This document shows positions 17,329-26,684 of a DNA stretch of 26,787 nt, piece after piece. Each line of letters opens with the position of its first letter. Position 1 is the stretch's first letter. The DNA lies in NCBI GenBank assembly GCA_026387135.1, contig JAPLMH010000155.1, forward strand, positions 1 to 26,787, given 5' to 3'. Under the pieces are notes generated by a model. That model was not told the origin of the DNA, did not search any database, and saw only the letters and a list, made by a program, of their open reading frames with translations. This stretch comes from Candidatus Omnitrophota bacterium (GTDB taxonomy: Bacteria > Omnitrophota > Gorgyraeia > 2-01-FULL-45-10). Made by a program: the position numbers and the translations under genes.

Positions 17329-18042
17329 ATGGAAAAAGTTATACTGAAAGTTGAGACAAGAGAAGGAAGCGGCAAGAGGAGCGCCAAAGATCTTAGAAAT
17401 AAGAAGCTTATTCCTGCCGTCGTATACAAAGGCGGCAAAGATGCGCTTAAACTACAGCTTGCGGCATCGGATCTGGCCGAGGTTCTGCATACTAAGGCCG
17501 GTGAGAACGTTATCGTTACGCTGAAGATAGCCGGCGGCGATTCAAAGGCTAAAGACAAAACGGTGGTAATAAAGGAGATACAGCGCGAACCGATACAGAG
17601 CCGGATATTACATGTTGATTTTAACGAAATATCGCTCACTGAAGCCTTGAAGGTGAATGTCCCTCTTACGACTCACGGAGAGCCCGAGGGCAAGAAGGAA
17701 GGCGGCACACTTGAACACGTTATGTGGGAATTACAGGTCGAGTGTCTTCCTGCCGATATCCCGGAAAAGATCGAAGTCGACGTATCGAAACTGAAGATAG
17801 GAGAAGCTATATACGTTAAGAACATAACGGCTCCGGAGGGCGTCAAAGTGCTGACGGACCCCGAATTGATAGCCATGATAGTGAAGCCTCCTAAGGTTGA
17901 AGTTCCGAAAGAGGAAGTCATAGCCGAAGGCGCGACCGAGCCGGAACTTATCAGGAAGAAGAAGGAAGTAGAAGAGGGTGCCGAGGAGACCAAGAAGGAA
18001 GAGGCTCCTAAAGCTCCTGAGAAGAAAGAGGAGAAGAAGTAG
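17329..18042 (+). CDS. rplY: 50S ribosomal protein L25 / general stress protein Ctc (long form)
   Basis: R...GK.SAK.LR....IPAVVY, IKEIQR.P....ILHVDF, C-terminal beta domain (IPEKIEVDVS.L.IG) and Glu/Lys tail. AAGGAG RBS. Confidence 0.96.
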   Translation: MEKVILKVETREGSGKRSAKDLRNKKLIPAVVYKGGKDALKLQLAASDLAEVLHTKAGENVIVTLKIAGGDSKAKDKTVVIKEIQREPIQSRILHVDFNEISLTEALKVNVPLTTHGEPEGKKEGGTLEHVMWELQVECLPADIPEKIEVDVSKLKIGEAIYVKNITAPEGVKVLTDPELIAMIVKPPKVEVPKEEVIAEGATEPELIRKKKEVEEGAEETKKEEAPKAPEKKEEKK

Positions 18043-18046
18043 CTGC

Positions 18047-18625
18047 ATGAAGGTAATGGTCGGCCTGGGTAACCCGGGCTTGGAATATAAGAACACAAAG
18101 CATAATATCGGTTTTACCGTACTGCAGGATCTTGCGAAAGAGAATAAGATAAAGATAAGGCAGATGCGCTACTCTGCTCTTACCGGCAGGGGTAAGGTCG
18201 CCGGCGTTGAAGTGGTCTTAGCGCTGCCCCAGACCTATATGAACCGTTCCGGCGACACAGTAGGCGATCTTCTCCGCGAAGAGGTAGGCCCTTCCGATGA
18301 CCTTATCGTCATCTGCGACGACATAAATATGAAGCTCGGCAGGGTGCGTATGAAGAAGAAAGGCTCGGCCGGCGGCCACAAAGGCCTGGAGTCCATAATA
18401 TCCGTGCTGGGCAGGGATGATTTCGCCCGTTTAAGGGTCGGCATAGCTACAGACGTCCATAAAGGGGATATCACGCGCTATGTCCTGACCCCTTTCAAGC
18501 GCAAAGAGCGTAAGAACGCCTCCCATGCCGTATCATTGGCTCAGGAAGCGCTTGAGTGCTGGATAACGCATGGCATGGACACAGCCATGAATAGATTCAA
18601 TATAAAGAAGGCCGCTACATCGTAG
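18047..18625 (+). CDS. pth: Peptidyl-tRNA hydrolase
   Basis: VGLGNPG..Y..TKHNIGF, PQTYMNRSG, ICDD, GSAGGH.G, RLRVGI and YVL..F. Start at ATG 18047. Confidence 0.96.
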   Translation: MKVMVGLGNPGLEYKNTKHNIGFTVLQDLAKENKIKIRQMRYSALTGRGKVAGVEVVLALPQTYMNRSGDTVGDLLREEVGPSDDLIVICDDINMKLGRVRMKKKGSAGGHKGLESIISVLGRDDFARLRVGIATDVHKGDITRYVLTPFKRKERKNASHAVSLAQEALECWITHGMDTAMNRFNIKKAATS

Positions 18626-18634
18626 AGAAAGAGC

Positions 18635-18663
18635 TTGAGTTGTAATATAATGTGTGGTAATAT
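18635..18663 (+). promoter_or_regulatory. Sigma70-type promoter for the rpsF operon
   Basis: TTGAGT (18635-640)-N17-TAATAT (18658-663), with TG at 18655-656 (extended -10). Confidence 0.7.
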
Positions 18664-18686
18664 CATCTAACAATCAAGGGGAGAAG

Positions 18687-18968
18687 ATGGAAAATTACGA
18701 AGGAATATTCATTGTAAAGCCTGAAGTCAAGGATGAAGACGTGAAGAATGTCTTCAAGGTCATTTCAGACAGCGTTACGAAACATGGCGGAACGATCAAA
18801 AAAGAGGAACCGTGGGGGAAGCGGGCTCTCGCATATCCCGTGAAGAAGGCCAAAGAAGGCCACTACTTTAAGCTCGATTTTGTGGCGCCTACCAGCGCCA
18901 TATCGAAACTCGAAGAGTTGTGCAGATTGAACGACGATATACTCCGCACTATGATAACGAGGAGATAG
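18687..18968 (+). CDS. rpsF: 30S ribosomal protein S6
   Basis: YEGIFIVKP, WGKRALAYPVKK..EGHY and LNDDILRTMI. GGGGAG RBS favours ATG 18687. Confidence 0.96.
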   Translation: MENYEGIFIVKPEVKDEDVKNVFKVISDSVTKHGGTIKKEEPWGKRALAYPVKKAKEGHYFKLDFVAPTSAISKLEELCRLNDDILRTMITRR

Positions 18969-18980
18969 GAGACTTTTTCC

Positions 18981-19481
18981 ATGGCAGCCAACCTCAATAA
19001 AGTACTTTTGATAGGGAATCTTACCAGGGATCCGGAACTTAGATATGTTCCCAGCGGCACGGCCGTTGCCACGTTCACTATAGCCGTAAACAGGGTCTAC
19101 ACAAGCCAGGCCGGGGAGAAGAAGGAAGAGGTCTCCTTCATAAAGATAGTCGTATGGGGGCGCCGCGCCGAAGTATGCGGTGAGTACCTCTCAAAGGGCA
19201 GCCCGGTATTCATCGAGGGCCGTCTTCAATCAAGAAGCTGGGAAGGCCAGGACGGGCAGAAACGTTCTACGACGGAAGTCATAGCGGATAATGTTCAGTT
19301 CTTAAGAGGGTCCGGAGCCGCCGGCAAGGGCGGCGAGCCATCGCCGAATAAAGGCGACGCCGCAGTGCCTCAGGACGTAGCTACCATAAACCTTAATGAA
19401 GAGATAAGCCCAATACCGGGCAATGAAGAGAGCAACAAAGGTTCAAACAAGACGGGTGATTCAGACGAACCGCCGTTTTAA
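18981..19481 (+). CDS. ssb: Single-stranded DNA-binding protein
   Basis: [36 protein letters not shown] and acidic tail DEPPF. Confidence 0.97.
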   Translation: MAANLNKVLLIGNLTRDPELRYVPSGTAVATFTIAVNRVYTSQAGEKKEEVSFIKIVVWGRRAEVCGEYLSKGSPVFIEGRLQSRSWEGQDGQKRSTTEVIADNVQFLRGSGAAGKGGEPSPNKGDAAVPQDVATINLNEEISPIPGNEESNKGSNKTGDSDEPPF

Positions 19482-19507
19482 GTAGATTCAATCCCAAAGG
19501 AGAGATA

Positions 19508-19774
19508 ATGTCAAGATTCGAAATGAAGAGAAAGCCGAGAAAAGACGGCGATAAGAAGAAGAAGGTATACAAGAAGAAACCGTGCAGATTCTGCATGGAT
19601 AAGATAGAGGCTATAGATTATCTGGACTATCAAAAATTCCAGAAGCTCCTGACCGAGCGCGGCAAGATAATGCCGTCGAGAATAACAGGCACCTGCGCTA
19701 AACACCAGCGGCAGCTTGCGGTCGCGATCAAAAAAGCTCGCGTGCTGGCGCTTCTGCCTTTCGTGGCGGATTAA
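19508..19774 (+). CDS. rpsR: 30S ribosomal protein S18 (Zn-binding form)
   Basis: CRFC..K...[23 protein letters not shown] and IKKAR.LALLPF. Confidence 0.97.
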   Translation: MSRFEMKRKPRKDGDKKKKVYKKKPCRFCMDKIEAIDYLDYQKFQKLLTERGKIMPSRITGTCAKHQRQLAVAIKKARVLALLPFVAD

Positions 19775-19781
19775 AATATGA

Positions 19782-19833
19782 ATCCCGCATCTTCTTATAG
19801 GTGCGGGAAATTATAAGGAGAAGGTGCGGGATG
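19782..19833 (+). promoter_or_regulatory. Candidate two-state RNA structure over the rplI RBS and start codon
   Basis: AGGTGCGGGA occurs at 19799-808 and 19822-831; ATCCCGCATCTTCTTATA (19782-799) is complementary to either copy. Confidence 0.5.
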
Positions 19834-20277
19834 AAGGTAATACTCACTCAGACCATAGACAGATTAGGCAAGATCGGCGATATCGTAAATGTTAAGGACG
19901 GATATGCCAGGAACTATCTATTCCCGAAGAACGCCGCAAAGGAAGCCACTCCGGGCAATATGAAAACGCTCGATTCGCTGAAGAAGAAACAGGCTCTCGA
20001 GGACGCGAAGAGACTGGATGAGGCGAAGGCGCTTGCCGGAAAGATAGCGGCGCTATCGATAACGATAAGCGCCAAGTCGGCGGATGAAGAGAAGCTCTTC
20101 GGCACCGTGACGACCGAGATGATATCGGCCGCTCTGGCTAACGAAAAGCTCACCATAGATAAAAAAGATATTGTACTGGATGAGCCGATAAAGAAGCTCG
20201 GCGTTTATCAGGTAGGGGTGAAGGTTCATCCGGAAGTTAAGGCTTCGTTAAGGGTTTGGATCGTTAAAGAAGAGTAA
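19831..20277 (+). CDS. rplI: 50S ribosomal protein L9
   Basis: MKVIL...LGKIGDIVNVKDGYARNYLFP, KLFGTVT and IKKLGVY.V.VKVHPEV. AAGGAG RBS. Confidence 0.97.
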   Translation: MKVILTQTIDRLGKIGDIVNVKDGYARNYLFPKNAAKEATPGNMKTLDSLKKKQALEDAKRLDEAKALAGKIAALSITISAKSADEEKLFGTVTTEMISAALANEKLTIDKKDIVLDEPIKKLGVYQVGVKVHPEVKASLRVWIVKEE

Positions 20278-20289
20278 TAAAAGAGAACT

Positions 20290-21675
20290 ATGCCTCCACA
20301 GGAGACAGTCGAGAAGTTACCTCCTCAAAGCCTTGAAGCTGAGATGGCCGTTTTGGGGTCAATGCTGTTAGACCGCGAAGCTACGGGCCTGGCCATCGAG
20401 ACGCTGAACCAATCCTATTTCTACAAAGACGCCCACAAAAAGATATATTCAGCCATCGTAAAATTATTTGACGAGAACAGGGCCGTGGACCTCATCACGG
20501 TGGTGGAGGAGCTGAAGAAGAGTAGCGCCCTTGACGACTCGGGCGGGCCTTCCTATATAACGAGCATTGCCTCAAGCGTTCCCACCGCGGCCAATATAGT
20601 CCACTATCTGAAGATAGTGAAAGAGAAGTATATCTTAAGGAATCTCATCAACGCGTCCACCAACATAGCCGCGGAGTGCTACAATCCTTCCCACGACGCC
20701 GATACTTTGATCGATAAGGCCGAACAGATAATATTCGATATAGCTCAAAAGAAGGTAGAGTCAAGGTCTGTCCCCTTGAGAGATATCATAAGAAGCTCGA
20801 TAGAGACGATCGATAATCTTTATCAGAGGAAAGAGAATATAACGGGTCTTGCGACGGGTTTCAGGGACCTGGATATGAAGACGGCGGGCTTGCAGCCCTC
20901 CGATCTTATAGTCATAGCCGGACGCCCGTCCATGGGCAAGAGCGCTCTCGCGGGATGCATAGCGGAGCACGTCGGGGTCGTGGAGAAGAAGCCGGTAGCT
21001 TTCTTCTCGCTAGAAATGTCCAAAGAGCAGCTTGTCCAGAGGATGCTCTGTTCCCACGCGAGGGTTGACGCGCATAAAGTGAGGACAGGTTTTCTCTCGC
21101 AGGCCGATTGGCCGCGCCTCGTTACTGCCGCAGGCAAGCTTTCCGAAGCGCCGATATTCATAGACGATACCCCCGGAGTGACTGTCCTCGAGATACGCGC
21201 CAAGGCCAGACGATTGAAAGCCCAGCATGATATACAGCTTATAGTGCTCGACTATCTACAGCTCATGCAGGGTCCTTCGGGTTCCGATAACAGGCAGCAG
21301 GAAATATCGGAGATCTCGAGGTCTTTAAAAGCTTTGGCAAGAGAGCTCAGGGTCCCTCTCATAGCGATAAGCCAGCTCTCCCGCGCGGTCGAGCAGAGAT
21401 CCGATCACCGCCCGCAGCTGTCGGACTTGAGAGAGTCCGGCGCCATAGAGCAGGACGCCGACGTCGTAATACTTTTATTGAGGGAAGAGTACTATAATCC
21501 CACGGAAGAGAATAAGGGGATAGCCGAAACCATAATAGCAAAACAGAGGAACGGGCCCGTAGGGAGCATAAACCTTACTTTTGTGGGCGAGTATATGAGG
21601 TTTGAGAACTTAATGAATCGTTCGGAAGATTTTGTAGGCATTGAGAATGCCGATGCTGACATGGAGAGGGTATAA
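20290..21675 (+). CDS. dnaB: Replicative DNA helicase
   Basis: PPQSLEAE.AVLG, GRPSMGKS (Walker A), FSLEMS, LDYLQLM, SQLSR, DLRESGAIEQDAD and KQRNGP. No intein. Confidence 0.98.
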   Translation: MPPQETVEKLPPQSLEAEMAVLGSMLLDREATGLAIETLNQSYFYKDAHKKIYSAIVKLFDENRAVDLITVVEELKKSSALDDSGGPSYITSIASSVPTAANIVHYLKIVKEKYILRNLINASTNIAAECYNPSHDADTLIDKAEQIIFDIAQKKVESRSVPLRDIIRSSIETIDNLYQRKENITGLATGFRDLDMKTAGLQPSDLIVIAGRPSMGKSALAGCIAEHVGVVEKKPVAFFSLEMSKEQLVQRMLCSHARVDAHKVRTGFLSQADWPRLVTAAGKLSEAPIFIDDTPGVTVLEIRAKARRLKAQHDIQLIVLDYLQLMQGPSGSDNRQQEISEISRSLKALARELRVPLIAISQLSRAVEQRSDHRPQLSDLRESGAIEQDADVVILLLREEYYNPTEENKGIAETIIAKQRNGPVGSINLTFVGEYMRFENLMNRSEDFVGIENADADMERV

Positions 21676-21676
21676 A

Positions 21677-23797
21677 ATGACGAAATTTTTTAAAGCGGCT
21701 TTGGCGGTGCTCATATCTGTGGGCCTCATGCAATTTTCCATCGTAGACATTTCATATTCTGAAGACCAGACGAGCGAGGGCAAGATAATAAAGGCGATAG
21801 TGGTGACCAATAACAAGGCCATATCCACCGAGACGATCCTTTCCAAGATAAAGACCAAGATAGGCGATGAATTCAGCCAGATAGTGATGAACGAAGACCT
21901 GAAGCGGCTTTACGCTACGGAATACTTTACGGACGTTTCCATCGACTCTGAAAACTATGAAGACGGCCTCAAGATAACGCTGACGGTGGAGGAGAAGACC
22001 GTAATAGGCGACATAACGTTCAAGGGAAATAAGGCCTATACGGCGCAGAGATTAAAACAGGCGATGAAGTCCAAGCCGGATGAGATGCTGAATATGCCGT
22101 TGCTCGCCCAGGATATAGCCGAGATAAGAGCCCTCTATGTGAAGAAAGGTTATCCGGGAGCGGAAGTAAAGTACGAGCTCGAAGTGGATAAGGAGCTGAA
22201 CAAGACCAAGATCGTAATAGTTATAGACGAAAGAACGAAGATAAAGATCTCTAAGGTAAATATAGTGGGCAATGCGCATCTCAAAACCGGCAACATAATC
22301 AAGGTCCTCGGCACGAAGCCGTCCTGGTTATTCAACCCGGGCATATTCAAGGAAGAGGTACTCGAAGAGGATGTGGATAAGGTAAAATCGCTGTACGATG
22401 ACATAGGGTATCTCGACGTCGAAGTCGCTCCCAAACTCGACTATAGCCCGGACGGAACCCAGCTCTTTGTGACATTTAACATAAATGAAGGTAAGCAGTA
22501 TCTGGTGGGTCCCATAAACGTAGCGGGCAACATAGTGCTGACTGAAAAAGATATCCGCTCCAAGATCAAGATGAAGTCCGGAAAACCTTTTTCAAGAAGA
22601 GAGCTCAGGGACGACATGCTTGCGATACGGGATCTCTACTACATGCATGGATACATGGATGCAGTGGTCGATGTCGATCAAAACGTGAACCCGACGACGA
22701 GCACCATGGATATAACCTACACCATAGACCCTAAGGAAGTGGTCTACGTAGGAAAGGTCGTCATACGGGGCAATACGAAGACCAGAGAGATAATCATCCG
22801 CCGGGAGCTCAGGATATATCCGGGCGATAAGTTCGATGGATCGAAGATCAAACGGTCAAAAGACAGGCTCTATAATCTGGGGCTGTTTGAGGATATAAGT
22901 TTTGATACCGAACCTTCATCTGTGCCGCAGGTCCACAACCTGATAGTGGATGTAAAAGAGACGAAGACCGGAGAGTTCTCGTTCGGCGGCGGCTACAGCT
23001 CCATAGACCAGTTCCTCGGTTTCGTGGAGATAGGGCAGAAGAATTTTGACGCGCTCAACTTCCCCACATTTACCGGCGGCGGGCAGCAGCTTACGGTAAG
23101 GGCAGAAATAGGTATGGTAAGACAGAACTACAACATCGGATGGATAGATCCCTGGATATTCGGCTGGCATGAAGAGGGCTCAAAAGTGATCTCGGCCGGG
23201 TCTCTCCAGCTTACCCAGGATACGAGAGACAATATATATAATCCCGGACATGGATATATACTCAACGGCAGCATAGAGGATGCAGGCGGCGTATTCATGG
23301 GTGACAAGGAGTACGTGAAAGGGACTGCGACAGCCGCTTTATATGGTACGTTCTTTCAAAAATTCGTCGTAGAATTGAAGGCCCGTGCTGGATGGTCTTC
23401 TCCGTACGGAAAATCTAATTCCGTGCCCATATACGAGAGATTCTTCGCCGGCGGCGCGAATACGATACGCGGATATAAGGAGAGAAAAGTCGGCCCAAGG
23501 GACCCTGGCTCGGACGAGCCCATAGGAGGCGAGGCGCTGCTTTTAGGCAATGCCGAAGTCACGTTCCCGATCTACGAGAAGATATTGAAGGGCGCCATCT
23601 TTTATGATATCGGTAATGTGTGGGCCAAGAGCGGAGATTTTCTGAAGACCGGCGATTATAAGTCGGGCGCCGGTATCGGCATAAGAGTGAATACCCCGGT
23701 AGGCCCGTTCAGGTTGGATTGGGGTTATCCTCTTGCTACAAACCATAATGATACAAAAGAGGGCGAGTTCTATTTCAGTATAAGTCGTGGTTTCTAA
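21677..23797 (+). CDS. bamA: Outer-membrane protein assembly factor BamA; apparent in-frame deletion in the barrel
   Basis: Signal peptide, POTRA repeats (GN..T...II.RE, L.NLG.F), barrel start TGEFSFGGGYS, ERFFAGG..TIRGY motif and C-terminal FYFSISRGF. Confidence 0.93.
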   Translation: MTKFFKAALAVLISVGLMQFSIVDISYSEDQTSEGKIIKAIVVTNNKAISTETILSKIKTKIGDEFSQIVMNEDLKRLYATEYFTDVSIDSENYEDGLKITLTVEEKTVIGDITFKGNKAYTAQRLKQAMKSKPDEMLNMPLLAQDIAEIRALYVKKGYPGAEVKYELEVDKELNKTKIVIVIDERTKIKISKVNIVGNAHLKTGNIIKVLGTKPSWLFNPGIFKEEVLEEDVDKVKSLYDDIGYLDVEVAPKLDYSPDGTQLFVTFNINEGKQYLVGPINVAGNIVLTEKDIRSKIKMKSGKPFSRRELRDDMLAIRDLYYMHGYMDAVVDVDQNVNPTTSTMDITYTIDPKEVVYVGKVVIRGNTKTREIIIRRELRIYPGDKFDGSKIKRSKDRLYNLGLFEDISFDTEPSSVPQVHNLIVDVKETKTGEFSFGGGYSSIDQFLGFVEIGQKNFDALNFPTFTGGGQQLTVRAEIGMVRQNYNIGWIDPWIFGWHEEGSKVISAGSLQLTQDTRDNIYNPGHGYILNGSIEDAGGVFMGDKEYVKGTATAALYGTFFQKFVVELKARAGWSSPYGKSNSVPIYERFFAGGANTIRGYKERKVGPRDPGSDEPIGGEALLLGNAEVTFPIYEKILKGAIFYDIGNVWAKSGDFLKTGDYKSGAGIGIRVNTPVGPFRLDWGYPLATNHNDTKEGEFYFSISRGF

Positions 23798-23816
23798 AAA
23801 ACGAAAGGGGTGCAGC

Positions 23817-24335
23817 ATGGTCAGAAAATTAAGTTTGGCAGTAGCGATAGCGGTGCTAGTGACCGCTTGCTTTACGCTATTCAGCAAAGATGCATTCGCA
23901 AAGGAATATAAGATAGGTTATGTGGACCTGGCGAAAGTGTCGGACGAGTACGCGAAGACAAAAGATTTTGAAAAGACTTTTGAAGTGCAGGTGAAGGGCA
24001 AGGACGCCGAAAGACAGAAGTTCGTGGATGAGATCAGAAAGCTTAAAGACGAGCAGGCGCTCCTTTCGGATAAAGCTAAAGCAGAGAAGCAGACTATAAT
24101 AGACGGGAAGATAGCGAGCCTCCAGGATTTCGACAGGAAAGTCCGCGACGAGCTGATAAAACAGAGGAACCAGATGCTCGGCGAGATCCAGAAGGATATA
24201 GACACGGTGATATCCGCCTATTCCAAGGAAGCCGGCTATGATATAGTCCTGATAAAGCAGACTGTGCTCTTTGCGGGCCCTGAGCTCGACCTTACGGTCG
24301 AAGTGGTCAAGAGGCTGAACGCCGCGAAGAAATAA
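23817..24335 (+). CDS. skp: OmpH/Skp periplasmic chaperone
   Basis: Signal peptide, KIGYVDL, coiled-coil arms, GYDIVL and DLTVEVVKRLN; directly after bamA. Confidence 0.93.
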   Translation: MVRKLSLAVAIAVLVTACFTLFSKDAFAKEYKIGYVDLAKVSDEYAKTKDFEKTFEVQVKGKDAERQKFVDEIRKLKDEQALLSDKAKAEKQTIIDGKIASLQDFDRKVRDELIKQRNQMLGEIQKDIDTVISAYSKEAGYDIVLIKQTVLFAGPELDLTVEVVKRLNAAKK

Positions 24336-24353
24336 GAGTTTCTTCTTTTATTC

Positions 24354-25370
24354 ATGTCAAAGACATTAAAAGAGATAGCCGCGTTCGTCGGTGGTGAGCT
24401 TCTGGGGGACGGCGCGGTTTCGATAAACGGAATAAATGGTATACAGGAGGCAGTAAGCGGAGAGCTTGCCTTTATAATAAGCCCAAAGGACGAAGCTCTC
24501 ATAGATTCTACTAAAGCCTCCTGTGTTATCGTTCCGAAGGACGTGAAGGGGTCTTTTAATAAGCCGTTAATAAAGGTTGAAAATCCTTCAGTAGCTTTCT
24601 CAAATCCCGACTCTATTCCTCATCCTAAAGGTATTCACGAAACTGCCGTAATATCAAAGAGCGCTGTTTTAGGCAAGAATGTATCTATTGGTCCGTACGC
24701 AGTTATCGAGGACAAGGTATCGATAGGCGATAATACGGTTATATATCCGTTCGCTTACGTAGGAAAAAATTCAAAGATCGGGAAGAGCTGTATAATATAT
24801 CCGCACGTGACCATCCGTGAGTCCATATCCATAGGTAATAAGGTCATAATTCATCCTTCCAGTGTCATTGGTAGCGACGGATTCGGCTATAACACCCAAA
24901 AAGACGGTACGCATTTCAAGATCCCGCAGATGGGGACCGTAGTCATAGAGGACGACGTGGAGATAGGGGCCTGTGTAACTATAGATAGGGCCAGATTTAA
25001 TAAGACCGTTATAGGCAGAGGCTCTAAAATAGATAATCTTTCCCAGATAGCTCACAACGTCATTATAGGCTCTCATTGCCTCATAGCCGCGCAGGCCGGA
25101 ATAGCCGGGAGTTCAGTATTGGGCAGAAATGTAGTTTTTGGAGGCCAGGTCGGCGTTGCGGACCATGTAAAACTGGGAGACTTTGTAATGGCGGGCGGAC
25201 AATCGGGAATAACGAAGTCGTTCCCAATACCGAAGACGGTGCTATTCGGTCATCCGGCAAGGCCCATCAATAAAGCCAAAGATATAGTGGCGCGTACAGG
25301 GCTGCTTCCGCAACTATACGAAAGGGTAAAGGCGCTGGAGGCGAAAATAAAAGAATTAGAGAAGAAGTGA
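24354..25370 (+). CDS. lpxD: UDP-3-O-acylglucosamine N-acyltransferase
   Basis: N-terminal uridine-binding domain, hexapeptide repeats, [37 protein letters not shown] and GQVGVADH. Confidence 0.96.
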   Translation: MSKTLKEIAAFVGGELLGDGAVSINGINGIQEAVSGELAFIISPKDEALIDSTKASCVIVPKDVKGSFNKPLIKVENPSVAFSNPDSIPHPKGIHETAVISKSAVLGKNVSIGPYAVIEDKVSIGDNTVIYPFAYVGKNSKIGKSCIIYPHVTIRESISIGNKVIIHPSSVIGSDGFGYNTQKDGTHFKIPQMGTVVIEDDVEIGACVTIDRARFNKTVIGRGSKIDNLSQIAHNVIIGSHCLIAAQAGIAGSSVLGRNVVFGGQVGVADHVKLGDFVMAGGQSGITKSFPIPKTVLFGHPARPINKAKDIVARTGLLPQLYERVKALEAKIKELEKK

Positions 25371-26203
25371 TACAACAAAAGACCATAAAAGATCCTGTAG
25401 TCATAGAAGGCAGGGGCCTTCAGACAGGCACTAATACCAAAGTAACTTTAAAAGGCTCTCCCGCTAATAGCGGGATAAATTTTATACGGACGGATCTGCC
25501 AGATACGCCGGTCATTAATGTGCGGTCGCTCTCTTTTGATGGAGTCGCTCTTAAGCAGCGCAGGACCGTTATCGGTTCGGGTAAGGCCGAGATCCATACG
25601 ACAGAGCACCTTCTGGCCGCATTATCGGGACTTGGCATAAATAATATAGTTGTGGAAATAAATGGCCGGGAGTTGCCGGGGCTCGACGGGAGCGCTAAAG
25701 ATTATGTAGACGCGCTTGACCGCGCGGATATTATAATACAAGATGAGCCGGTGCATAGCCTGGTGATCGAGAGGCCGGCCTGGTGCGGCAACAGGGACTC
25801 ATTTATAGCGGTATTTCCGCATTCAGGACTGCATATCTCATATTTTCTGTCATATCCTGAGCCGAGCATAGGAGAACAATTTTTAAGCCTGGAGATCTCC
25901 GAAGATGTATTCAGGCGTGAGATAGCGCCCGCTCGGACATTTTGCATGAAGAAAGAAGCGCTTCTTCTTTTGGCGCTCGGTTTTGGCAAGGGCGCCGATC
26001 ACGATAATACGCTCATAATGGGTAAGGACGGACCCTTTAAGAGCGCCCTCAGATTTCCGGACGAGCACGTGAGGCACAAGATCCTCGACCTTCTGGGTGA
26101 TCTTGGCCTTGTAGGCATGCCGCTGGAAGGCCATGTCGTGGCAGTAAAGAGCGGACATACTCTTAATATGGAGCTGGTAAAGAAGTTGAAAGCTATTACA
26201 TAA
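25367..26203 (+). CDS. lpxC: UDP-3-O-acyl-GlcNAc deacetylase
   Basis: Q.TI...V...[33 protein letters not shown] (Zn ligands) and SGH. Confidence 0.95.
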   Translation: MIQQKTIKDPVVIEGRGLQTGTNTKVTLKGSPANSGINFIRTDLPDTPVINVRSLSFDGVALKQRRTVIGSGKAEIHTTEHLLAALSGLGINNIVVEINGRELPGLDGSAKDYVDALDRADIIIQDEPVHSLVIERPAWCGNRDSFIAVFPHSGLHISYFLSYPEPSIGEQFLSLEISEDVFRREIAPARTFCMKKEALLLLALGFGKGADHDNTLIMGKDGPFKSALRFPDEHVRHKILDLLGDLGLVGMPLEGHVVAVKSGHTLNMELVKKLKAIT

Positions 26204-26217
26204 AAAAAGGAGTCAAG

Positions 26218-26682
26218 ATGACCGAAGAAAAACTGGATATAAAGGGTAAGGTGCTGGATGTAACGATTATCCAGAAGATACTGCCGCATAGATATCCCTT
26301 TCTAATGGTTGACAGGATATTAGAGTCGACTGATAAAAAGATAATAGGTTTAAAGAATGTTACCATAAACGAACCGTTCTTCCAGGGACACTTTCCCGGG
26401 CACCCAATAATGCCCGGAGTCCTTATATTGGAGGCGATGGCGCAGGTCGGAGGCGTCGGGGTATTAAGCCTTGCTGAAAATCAGGGCAAGCTGGCATATT
26501 TTTTGAGCATAAAGGAAGCGAAGTTCAGAAAACCCGTAGTGCCGGGCGACCAGCTAATAATAGAAGTAGAGATCGTGAAGACAAAAGTCAGTGTCATGCA
26601 GGTTAGAGCGACCGCCAAAGTTGCCGGCGAAGTGGTTACTGAAGCAGAAATGATGTTCGCCTTCGTAACGCCGAACGGATAG
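26218..26682 (+). CDS. fabZ: 3-hydroxyacyl-ACP dehydratase
   Basis: [40 protein letters not shown]. Confidence 0.97.
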   Translation: MTEEKLDIKGKVLDVTIIQKILPHRYPFLMVDRILESTDKKIIGLKNVTINEPFFQGHFPGHPIMPGVLILEAMAQVGGVGVLSLAENQGKLAYFLSIKEAKFRKPVVPGDQLIIEVEIVKTKVSVMQVRATAKVAGEVVTEAEMMFAFVTPNG

Positions 26683-26684
26683 AT

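Noticed and set aside
17978-18046. Arg/Lys-rich N-terminal extension on Pth
   Set aside because: It is the alternate-frame reading of the Glu/Lys tail of rplY; the real start is ATG 18047.
18664-18686. S6:S18 autoregulatory RNA leader before rpsF
   Set aside because: The predicted promoter leaves a 5' UTR of under 20 nt with no hairpin or CCG/CCC motif; not supported.
20290-21675. Intein in DnaB
   Set aside because: Length (461 aa) and motifs are continuous; no insertion at the usual sites.
24327-24350. Terminator after skp (AAGAAA/TTTCTT plus CTTTT)
   Set aside because: Only a weak 6-bp A/U-rich stem, and lpxD starts 18 nt after the stop.
24541-24720. Low-GC patch in lpxD (73/180 G+C by hand count, about 41%) as horizontal transfer or chimeric join
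   Set aside because: Short, inside a normal syntenic gene, and partly explained by Ile/Lys/Asn-rich hexapeptide repeats; needs a sliding-window test to mean anything.
392-26289. The many antisense and alternate-frame ORFs in the track (e.g. 2117-2536 -, 5507-5962 -, 16281-16865 -, 16787-17269 -)
   Set aside because: All lie over well-supported genes, lack motifs and RBSs, and look like shadow ORFs.
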